Positions 34,001 through 46,000 of a DNA stretch of 64,000 nt are shown in pieces. How positions within the stretch are numbered: the stretch's first letter is position 1; each line of letters opens with the position of its first letter. The DNA comes from Phoronis australis (Eukaryota > Animalia > Phoronida). The notes under the pieces are model-generated. The model was not told the origin of the DNA. It was given only the letters and a program-made list of their open reading frames with translations, and did not search any database. The stretch is from NCBI GenBank assembly GCA_002633005.1, contig NMRA01000538.1, positions 124,001 to 188,000 on the forward strand. The letters are read 5' to 3'. The position numbers and the translations under genes were made by a program.

Positions 34001-37000
34001 CGCTGTTCACAAGACAAACTGCTCTACCTTCTGATTTGTATTTTCTGTCTAAGGGGAAGAAAGGCACAATTTTCATATTTCTATCATTGCTCTTCATATG
34101 TGGAGGTAGAAAAACACCTTACTTAATCTAGTTTTTAAAATGTAGGGTCGCTAACACACTTCTGAATCCAGTCAAACAAATGCGAAAAACGCTTCATAGA
34201 GCCTCTCTGAAGCTGTTAAATTCTTTATGCCTGTATTACATGTCACTGGGAACCAACTAAATATTATTTACATCAGAATGACAAATAGCAAATTAATTTC
34301 AATCTCAAATAGTGATTAGCTTGGCGTCACTGTGCAGCCATGGGGTAAATATAGCAGTGTTGCCGGAAGAGACTGTTGAGACAACATAGACCTACCAAGA
34401 GTTTTCTGTGTACTCCATGTGTAGTTGAACCAAGTCCTGACCTTGTTCTGCAGCTCTTTGGGTACATTTAGATTCTGCATGTGGTGAAGAGTGGCATCCA
34501 TGTTCTTACGAAAAGACACGCGGTTAGCGCTCGCCGCAGTGTAGATATCTCTTATCTGAAAAAGTTGTGACAAAAAATTGACTCGTGTTTGAGAAATATG
34601 ACTATTGCACCAAATGAAATAGCATAGCTGGTTTTGATTTTTTTTTTTGAAAATTGATGCTGCTACTGATGAAGCCTTTTTTGTTGTCCATATTTTCAAA
34701 AGGTCTCCTGATTCCAACCAAAATAGGCAGGTGCAAATTTTTTTCCCAGAATCACCTGATTCCAGCAAAAATGGAACAAGATCCTTCTTTTTTTAAGAGT
34801 GAGATACTGTTTTCAAAATAAGTTGGGTGAAGACCAGAAACAATTATGCTATTTGTGGCTTTATTTTGCGACAACTTACTTCACAGAGTGGCCAGTGTCA
34901 AATGTTTTGATTTAAATTCCTGATGACCCAGAAAATGAAGTCATAAAATAAGACGAGTCAAAACTTCTTGTTTTCTACAGCAATTGATAGTGATGATGGA
35001 ATACAGGTCAGACATGACGCAAATTTCACTGCATTCTTTGGGTGTAGGATCACTTTGATAAGCCGGGTGTGCACAAGTCAAGTCACTCCATTGTGTTGCT
35101 CAGGCAAGCAACACAATAGATGTTTGGACATATCAACAAGGGAATAGCACTTTGCAGTGCACGTTATTTCTCTTTTCTTCCATTGTCAAGTTAACCAGTT
35201 TTGCTGATAAAATGAAAGAGTTCAACTTTTAGTGACGGCTTTAGTTTTTCATAGTCCACAGAGTCTAAAATGGACAACAGGAAATGGTGGTTATGACCAA
35301 CACCCATCTGTGTTTCCTATCCCCAAAAGAAGCCATGCAATGTGGAGGTGCTGTAGTAACTGCCTATTGCAATCCCTAATCATGGTAAGAATTAATTCAT
35401 AGTTGCCGGTAATTGGAATTACGATCTAGCACCTATGTAGGCGTTGGCTATTTTTGTTCCACCATAATTTAAACCATAATTGACACTAACCTGGAGTAAT
35501 CATTAGTAAATTCATACGATGAATCATAACGCCTAACAGAAAAAAAAAATTATAATTAAGTAAAAAATAAATTGTTTCACAGACACTGAGCTCAATTTTT
35601 TCACAAACAAAGGGACAAATGAAATAAGATTTCCTGTCTCTTTATAGTTACATTAGAACCATATTACATGAGAGCTGGAAACCTTACCTGACCAATAAGC
35701 AAAGCGAATACAAACACCCCAGACAGCCAATAGAGTGTCATGAACATCCATTCCAGCTCATTGGTTGGTTTGGGATTGTTGCCAATGGAGGTCGCTGTTT
35801 TGGTAGCCAGATAAAAGCACCGGATGTACCTGTGATAGAAAATGTGATTGCCTTGAAGTTGAATAAAACATTAAAATGAAAATATATTTCCTGTTACCCT
35901 GAAGTTAGTAAGATACAAGTACACAGCTCTGGCAAATCATAATCCAAGGGACTCTGCTGGCAAATTTGTATTCAGAATTGAAATGGTGTGTTCAGGAAGT
36001 TTTCCAAAACAATTTAATGGGAATGAATAGAAATTTAGTTCAATTTAAGCTTTATTTCTGCACGTTACTTGGTAAAGTGTCGTAGATGGTTTATTTTTAA
36101 AAAGGTAGTGCTAATCTTACAAGCAACTGTCATCATGGCACACCATTTGTTCTTACACGGATGGAAATGGAATTTGCAACCTAATTGCATTTCTTTTACT
36201 ATAACATATTTGAAATTATACCATTGGCCAATCGCAAAGATACATTCCAGATATACGTAACTATGTGCAGCCCAGGCATCACCTCAAAGAACGTCCGTTC
36301 TGTTCTTTAATTAAGTACCTCTGGGTTACTACAGCTGTGGCAACCAAAAGCTTCAATTCCTAATTTTTTCTATTGAAAGCAAAATTGACAACTGCATTTT
36401 TATCCGAAAAATCAAATCCATGTGACTCTGGTCCACTCACGCGTTGCCTTTTCCATTGTACACCCATCTAGTGCTGTTGATTCCTTCATAGACAGAGACA
36501 CTATAGTACCCACACGTCTCCAAGTGAATAAGGTATATCATGTACGTCACAGTTCTCATCACACTAGTGGAGGAAAATAACACCATCACTTTAATTTGGC
36601 AGCAGAAACGTGTCTTAAATCGAATTCACACAAGCATAAATTTGAATGTTGAGCGTTCTAGCTAAAACCTATTAGCGTTTCATACATTCTTGGAATTCAT
36701 AAATATTGCTAATTAAAAACATTTTAGTAGGGTTGACGGCAGTTGTGTGCATTTGCACGTTATGATTAAAAAATGGGCATGTATACACAAGCGCTCTTTG
36801 TTGCATAAAATGAAAAATGAAAATATATTAAACTGTAACAGCAGTCTTGAAAATTTCATGACATTTAGTCATGTTGTGGACACCGCTGTTTTGCAATGAA
36901 TGTACCTTTCTTTTTCACTAAATTTTACTAAAAAAGACATGGTCACGTTACCCAATTAATGTCAGATTGGTTTAAAGTCAAACCAGAAATTCTACAAGCT

Positions 37001-40000
37001 TTCTACTTTCAGAAAAAAATTCACCGAGGTTAAAAGCTTCCATACTTTTGTACAAATTTGGCAGACTTGTCGATAAGGTCCTACATAACATGAACTTGGG
37101 TACACACAAATTATGTTTTTCAAAGGTTTGCTACATTTTTGCAAATGTTCAAAATGGTACCAAATGTTGTTTGATGAGGACTGTACTGCTCAAACTGTGG
37201 CAACCAAGTAAAATTTTGTTAAAAGGAAATTTCACAGAATAAAGTCCAAATTGTCACATTTTGTCCTCAACTGAAAATTTTTTAACCATTATATTTCACC
37301 AGTAGTGTGATGCGTACAGTTAGCTTTAACAAAGCTGGTAAACTTTCCTGTTATCTAGTAGCAAGGAAATAAGCCATTGAAAAATAGAATTTGCATAAAA
37401 CAAAATGTTGTTTTAGTCAACTATAAGAACAATTAATGTTATGCAGGACCTGATGGTTCAATAACAACTGGCCAAATTTCATTTGATATGAGCATTGAAG
37501 ATGACATCTCAAAACAGTTGGTACAGTTTTCAAAAATTATTTCATTCTTGTTTAGTGCAACTGTTGAGTTTTTTTGTCTGAAGAATCATACAAGTTTATA
37601 TTTTTTGATAGCTTCTCACGTAAAAGGAACATTGAGCAACAATTCCAAACAAGTTGGAGAACATTTCAGTAAAGCATAGTGTATGAAAGATTCATAAGAA
37701 TCGCATCAGTTTTTTGGATACGGTTTTTAGGTCCTAAAACCAGTGAATTTGACGCATTCCCACCAAAATAGTGAATTAATGACCCGTTCCGACCAAGTTA
37801 AATATGTATGGTACTAGCACAGTATTGACATATACTGTGAAATTGACTTCAATGTTCCCATTAGACGCGGTAGTTAGCAGACATCTGACAGAGTAATCGC
37901 AAGGTGAAGTAATCACCACTGTCACAACAGTCAAACTGTCAACTGAGCATTGTCACTGTTGCAAATCGTTGACCATTGTTAAATCCACCTGTTTACCAAG
38001 ACCCCGAATTTAAGAGTTCACACTGACTGACGTTCCCCTAAACACTGGAGGAAGCATTGATGTTTGTGGTAAAGGCCTCCAGATGGAACCCTCATGAGAC
38101 AGGAAGAGGGTGGGCTAGATGAACAATGAAACTTAAATGATATCAACACATATTTCAAAGCCCATGCTGAATGATGGGCCATCAGTTCAGCTGAAACGGT
38201 CACCATAACAGAATATTGCCATATTATGTATATTGGACCAAGCAAAGTATTTATTACATATTGCTTTTGTGAATAAACTCATGTTGAATAACTACTTTAT
38301 GATCATTCAGTGACAATCCCAATGAACGTGAATCTGTCAGTCAGCCTATAAGAGAAATGAGACAGTCCCACGCAGATATTGCGTGCAACAAGCTTATTTG
38401 TTTTCCAAATTCATACCATTCGAAAGATATACCAGTCAATCTGGCAAACAAAAGCAAAAACTATAAACACTCACCGCACAATATGTCCATTCTTTGCCAC
38501 ATGGTCACAGCGATCGTAGAACTCCCAGAAGGTCTTGAGCTTAAGAAACCTTGGTAATCGTAAGAGTGGATTGACTCCAACGAGAAAGTAGAAGAAATCG
38601 AAAGGGAGAAGGGACAGGATGTCAAGCTGGAATGGAATAATCGAAATCACCAATGACACAATAATTGTTGTATTCCAACTGATGAAGTCATCGATCACGT
38701 GACCTACCACATAAGGCCAGTAAACGCAATGGAGGGCTAACCACTCCCTTACGAAAACGAAAGTGAGAATCTCACTGGATTCCAGTTAGATTCTCACTAA
38801 ATCACCAATTATACTTAGAAATGCCAGTAAGAAACCAGTGGGAATTGAAAAACAGGGGCAGTCAGTGAGAATGAGTGAGAAATGGTATTTCACTCGTTAA
38901 ATATATTTATGTGAGCATAATGAACCCAGCTTACTCCTTTTCCCCCTCATCTTGGTCCATTCCATTATTCCTTTGTGTAGGACTACACGTCGTTTTTCCA
39001 ACCTTCGCATTGGTCTGCTGTTATCACGTGCCTCGAGTTTGGTCAGCTCTTGGCTCTTATAGACTAGGCTGGTGATTGTCACGTGTCTTTAGGGGCATTT
39101 TTCTTTGTAATTGTAACCTCGCTTTCAGTTCACTTTGTTCCGGCCACATTGTTGTACGTCAAAAACTCATTCAATTTTGGTAACGAGCTTGCAAAGCACG
39201 TATCATTTATCTATTATTCGGGACATATGTCGATCATAAAATGTTATGTAACAGTGAGAATCCAGTGAGAATTTCAGACTTAGAAAAAATCTGAGTGAGA
39301 ATCAGTGAGAATTTCAGACTTAGAAAAAATGTGAGTAAGACTTGCGTGAGAATTTAAGATAAACAAACACCCTGATAGGCTGTAACTGTGGAAATTTCAG
39401 TTGAACCAGATTTCTGAATTCAAACTAAAATGGCGCCACTGGAATGAGCAGTTGGAGAAATAGCTTGAAGATTAATGATGATTTTCTCACAAGTATTGTG
39501 AAATTACTGAACAGTTTGTCTGCAAGTCAACCAGATGGGACCCTGGACTGATTTTGTGTGTTAATAAGCTTAATGTTAGTACATTTCATACATCTAGTAC
39601 TATAGTGCATGAAGCACGAGTATTAGACTGATGTCTTCATTCTGTTTTGACAGCTGAGTTTTCAGCATTTTGCTGATTCACCAAAGGCATAGTTGTTAGT
39701 TTATACACAGTTTGCAATTAAATTGTATCCTTAGTCAAATTTCAAGATAAACTCACAAAAATAAGCAGTGTTTTGGTTACCAAAAAACTTTGATCTCTCA
39801 TCTATTCAGTCAGTGTGTGCATAAAAGGCACACACAAAATTTTCTAAGTTCACAATTCTCACCCAGTGAGATTTTCACTCAGTGAGAATTTCAATAACAC
39901 AAATTCTCACTAATTTGCATAACATTCCTACTGAGTGAGAATTTCAGTAAGACAAATTCTCACTGAGTGGGAATGCTATGCAAATTACTTAGATTCTCAC

Positions 40001-43000
40001 TGAATTCTAACTGGAATATCGATCTCTGTCTTCTCACTAGAGTGAGAATTTTTTCTCACTAATTTAAACGGCATCTTAATTAGTTAGATTTTCACTTGAA
40101 TCTAACTGGAATCCAGTGATATTCTCAGTAATTGGTACGTTAGGAGAGAATAGATTGTCGTAACTTTGGCTGCAGTTGGGCGATTTTGGCAATTCAAAAA
40201 CTATAAACATGATCAGCACTTGACGAGGAATTCAGAAATGCTATTGGTTTTGTGTTCAAATATGTTATAACTTAACCTTATTTTTAACAGCATGGAGCCT
40301 AGTCAGGCTAGAAGCAATATTATTGAACATAAATGCCACTGCATGATGGAGTTGTGTAAGATATTAGCTACAAGGGTAATTTTCCCAGCTAATTGTTGCA
40401 GGCGGCTATAGAATCGAACAAGTTGGGAAAATGCCGTAATGTGTAAAAAAGCAACAATTATAAGTAGCAACAAGACAAAACACTGTTCTATACAGCAGAA
40501 ATAATACTGTTATTATGCTATAATTCATAACGCAAAATAGCGTAATGGCATCGAACTCGCGGGAAGGACTACAATCAACACGGTACTATATTAAGACATT
40601 ACCAGGTAAAGTACGTCTTCCTCATTATCAACAACTACAGTTCTCAACATGTTAGTAGTATGCCCACGTAATGTTCTGGCAATTAAAGCTGCATTTCTGA
40701 GTTTCTTACCTAGAAACGAAAATGAATTACAGGTAGACATTTAAATCTTAAAAAATCGGTCTCATGTTATCCTTTAACTTTGATAGGATTTTATTTCCAT
40801 TACCATCTCAAGTCACGGACAATGTGTACATGCAGCATTTCCGAATTCACAATTTTAAGGATGGTTAACCCAAATAAACAGAAGACACTGTTCCCTTCAC
40901 TGACGATTTCGATGTTTTTGGCCAACCCATATAAACTCTGAAGTGTTTTCTTGAGTCACAATGCGTACGTGCGCCATTTTCAAATATGCACTTTTATCTT
41001 GAGTTGCTGACGATTTCGATGTTTCTATATGGCAAGGCAAAAAAGTAATTGGTTCTGACCTTTACCTGAGCGTTCAATCAACAATTCCAGGTAGCACCTA
41101 TTCATGGATCCATAGGGTGTAATCAAACAAGTATCTTTTCAGCCAGGACCATAAGCCATATGTTAAGGTGTTTAGTTACACAGTCCAACTGGGACAGTTG
41201 CATACTAAGAGCAAGTTTCACCAACTGCTTTCAATGAACTTGCATATCAATTTCAAAAGGCCCATTTTATGTGAGCAACACCCACGATTAACATAATTCT
41301 AAGGCAACATGCAAACTGAGTCTTGTGTTTTACTTGTAAGCAAGTGTAAAGAAGCATAAGACAACGCCACGACTCCCCAATTAAGCTCTGAGTAACTTTT
41401 AACCCTGCATCATTTTTACTTGTCTTTGCTGGATTTTCTTTCCTTAAAATTAGGCCACTAAAAGAAATACTGCACCACTGACCTAATTTCTAAAAACCAT
41501 CAACCAAACTATAGATTGCTTTGTTTGGCCTAACAGAAATTGAATTTAACTTGTGAATGCATTTATTGTCATTATTTTGCCATTTGTCACAGTAAGTTAT
41601 TTTGATATCGACTCTTAGGGTTTATTTTTCATTACTCATCCCTATTTATGGCCTCAAGGGTCTGCTTTTGTATTCATACATTCTCTACGCAACACCTGAT
41701 ATGTCATCCATATTTCCTTTGTTAGGTTCAACGTGGTCTAGCTCATTCAGCCACCTACCTCGTCGTGCACAAGACCTACGTTCATTCTCTGCATTTTTCC
41801 CACGTTTTTTTCTTTTTCGTATATCCGTTACCTGTTAGGTATTTTCAAGTTTTGTGCTTATATTCTGTACTTTTTCTTTAGGTCCTCCTTGAGGCAAAAA
41901 TCTTTTGTTTTTGTTCCATCTCTCAGGGCTTTTCATTGTACACGCTGGTGGCGTTTTTTCCATGCCCATCTTGCAGAGTTTTGTAGTTCTTTCTATTTAC
42001 GTCATAATAAATAACATTATTCGCAATCCTCATCATTCTTGTTTTACTGACTGCAACATAGCTCGTTGCTTACCCAGAGCAAAATAGATTATGATAAATA
42101 AAATCTTATCACAGTAAAGAATATAACAAAACCAGTTTTATAAGAGACAAAACTACCTGGCGTGCGTTCAGTAGACGCTAGGACCTACGCTAGGACCTAG
42201 CTAAAACCTAGTCAAAGTCACGTGCTCTCATTTAAAATGCACGGCAATATCTCACGTAATCCCGCGAAGTCTTGCTTTTTAGCTAGGTCCTAGCGTTACT
42301 GAACGGGAGACTGGTTTGATTTTCATTTTTCAACCAGCTAAACAGGATGAAATGCAGCTTAAATAAACATGACATTAACATCTGAAACTAATTTTGTGAA
42401 TAAGTGACAGGTAAGTCCATTGCAATTTGAATGCATTCAAGATTTTGACCAGTCTCCAGTAAGTGTACTGGCTATAGTTGACAATTAAGGTCTGTCACGA
42501 TATTGCATTACGTTTAGCATGATTTCATAAATCTTTGACTACACACATAAGTTGATCCATCAGTCAAGAATCCATGACATTCTCAAGGGTAACCAAGGAT
42601 AATATTGCAGTGCTTTAGACTGATTAAACTGACAGCCAAACAGCAAAATGAAACCTTTCTGGCACGATTAATATGTATGCCTGTTGACAGCTGCTTCAAT
42701 GGTTTGATGGCCAAGAGACATTACCACATCTCTACACTGATAAGTTTAATTTCAAACCACTTATTCAATAACTAAACCTCGGTATGATCTTTGCGCAGAG
42801 GGACTGGTCAACTCTCCAAGCAATTACTGAGACTCTTATCACCAGAAAGTTCTTTTTTTGAAATGGAGAAAAAAGCATAAATGGTTGCTTTTTAGAAACA
42901 AGAAGCAATTGGTCATGTTCCCAATGCATTCCTCCAAAAATGTTTTTCATTGCATTTCTTTAATTTTGTGCATAAGTTGTCTATTTTGGATTTATGTTTA

Positions 43001-46000
43001 ACGGCACCCAAACAATCAATACAAGAGCAAAGCAGAGCGTTGAAATGCACCCACAATAGCACCGTATACGGTATCCTTCTAGGGTTGTTTATTGGTACCA
43101 TAAAGTGGCCAGAAGAGGGCATATATGTAGTATGTTGTACTTTGCAAAATGGAAAGGCATGGTCATTGTCTCCTCAATAGGCTAGGGGCAAAATGTGAGT
43201 GATCTTCATAATACAAGCACATCCTATACACCAGTTGCTTAAAGCACCACAGAAACATAGAATTAAAAACAAATTTACCAACATACGAGATTAGCACAGC
43301 ATTAGAATGCCAGAAACAAATTTCTACTTGGAACTTTTCCTTCATAGTCACGAAGTAACAAAAAGTATACACGTGAAGACTTATGAAAATACAGAGGTCA
43401 ATGTAAAATACTAAAATTGCCACTAGAGGCAAACCGGTAGTCAGAATCATCCTAAAGTCGTTATCGTCCGTTGTCAACATCACATAAATACACTTGCTAA
43501 ATTTAGTAAAGATCCTGCAAACGGTTTGGGAGATACAGCCATGGGCGCAAAAAAAAAGAATGCCACTAGGAGGCGCCACAGTAATCAAAGTCATGGTAAA
43601 TTCAGCATCAACCGTCCTCTTCATAGTAAGAACATACATGCCAATTTTCACAATCATACTTATAGCGGTTTGGTTGATAGAGGGGTGGACGCCAAAAAAC
43701 AGACTAAAAAACAGTAAAAATGGCCACTGGGTGTCGCAAACTATGTCGAATCCATCCGAAAACGGGAGGATAGCGTCACCGCACTAATAGGTGCCTACAT
43801 ACCAAATTTCATGAAAATCCGTTAAGGACTTGTGAAACTGAGGTAAACGTGAAAAAATAAAATTGCCACTAGGGGGCACACTGGTAGGTGGATCCGTCCA
43901 AAAGTCGTCATCGTCTGTTGTTAACATCATATAAATACACTTATTAAATTTCGTAAAGATCCTGCGAACCGTTTAGGAGATACAGCCATAGGCGCAAAAA
44001 AAACAATACTGCCACTAGGAGGCGCCACAGTAGTCAAAATTGTCGGAAAATCATTGTCAACCATCCTCTACATAGTAAGCATATACATGTCAATTTTCAC
44101 AATCATCCTTTGAGCGGTTTGGTTGATAGAGGGGTGGACACACAAAAACAGACTAAAAAACACTAAAAATGGCCACTAGGTGGCGCAAACTATGTCGAAT
44201 CCATCCGAAAATACCAAATTTCATGAAAATCCGTTCAGGACTTTTGAAGATACAAAGGTAAGCGTAAAAAACTAAAATTGCCACTATGGGGCACACCGGT
44301 AGTCGGATCCGTCCGAAAGTATGCACAATGTGCCGTCCCATTCATGAATGGAACATATGTGCCAAATTTCATGAACGTACGTCAAAGGGTTTTGGAGATA
44401 GAGCAGCGGACGCCGGACGCCGGATGCCGCCCGGATGGACGGACGGAGATGACGGCATAATGCGTCCACATAATATTATAAATATGTGGGCACATAAAAA
44501 TTTAATAAAATTGTGTAAGTATTTCCCAAAATTATTACTACGGGGCACTGTGTTAGTCAGATCTATCCAAAGTAAAAATACACTCGCCAAGTTTCACAAT
44601 TAATAATCCTCCAAGGTATTTAGTAGATACACTTGCGGACGCTAGTGCATAAAAATGTATTTAAACCAAAAGAAAATGATTTTGTTATAATACAGACCGT
44701 ATATGACATGTGAGTATGAACAAAATGATGCCAACAACGATGTTCACGAATCAATACATTACGTGCCTGTCTGCCACACTTAACATCTGAACAAAGAACA
44801 CTTTCCAGAAATAGACCTTATAAAAGAACCAACTATGTAACAAGTGATCTCAAAAATTTTTGCTGTTACCATAACAAAAAAGACACACCTTACGGACCAT
44901 TCCCTTAGACCAAGAAATTTCCAACATCACAGTCTGATCTAGAATCAGGTTTGATTAAACTTGACAAACATGCCTATTGTGTTGTTACACAATGCAGTGG
45001 TACATAGCTTACAGACAAACAAAGCAATCAGTGGTTTAAAGTTAAGTCTAACTTCTCTGAAAGACAAATGTTTTTTTCCATTCGAAGTTTTTTGGTAATA
45101 GTATTTCATAAAAAACACATTCTCGGCATCTGTTGCGGATTGGGCACAAGCTGTCTTACAACATCTCTTGTGGCGCTTTTTTATTGCCCATCTTACCAGA
45201 GATTACCAATTATACGTTATTTACCTGCATTCATTATATTGTAACTGTACTAGTCATAATAAATGACCTTACATCGCCTACCTCCGTCTCCTTTTCATCT
45301 CTGGTAACGAGCTTGCGACGCACGTATCATTTATCTATTATTCGGGACATATGTCGATCATAAATACTATATGTTTTAAATATCGGTTAGCGTGAGGCGT
45401 GCTGTTATATAATTGCTGGATTACGTGAACTTATCAGATGAACGCAAACAATGAGAGCTGGACTATGTAAACACTTGTTTGCCAACTTTCTCCCCTTGTT
45501 ATTGCTGTCAATCTGATACCAACATAACGACAGGACTGCAATTTGGGAAACAGGGCGGGAGCGTAACGTGAGACAACAAGACTTAAAAATGGAAGGTGTA
45601 GTTTATAACATATCAACAGCTTTTGTGCACTGCAGTATATTGAAACTGAAGTTTTTAGAAGTTCCAGTGTTCTGCCTTCACTTGGTCTATTTATGATCGA
45701 CATATGTCCCGGATAATAGATAAATGATACGTGCGTCGCAAGCTCGTTACCAGAGATGAAAAGGAGACTGATGTAGGCGATATAAGGTCATTTATTATGA
45801 CTAGTACAATTACAATAAAATGAATACAGGTAAATAACGTATAATAGGTAATGAGAGGAAGAGGGTGGGAAAATTGAATGAGTTTTTGACATACGACAAT
45901 GTGGCCGGAACAAAGTGAATCGAAAGCGAGGTTACAATAACAAAGAAAAACGCCCCTAAAGACACGTGACAATCATCAGCCTATGAGAGCCAAGAGCTGA

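Noticed and set aside
33000-34555. Duplicated C-linker exon as a second alternative exon pair
   Set aside because: Exon copies are identical, whole intronic flanks are duplicated with only allelic-level differences, and the junction is a single N (33236). Including both 160-nt copies would frameshift. Typical uncollapsed haplotype overlap; read depth or long reads would confirm.
43163-44603. Cluster of overlapping hydrophobic ORFs (up to 164 aa)
   Set aside because: All fall in tandem monomers of the HINE-like element; frames are not preserved between monomers.
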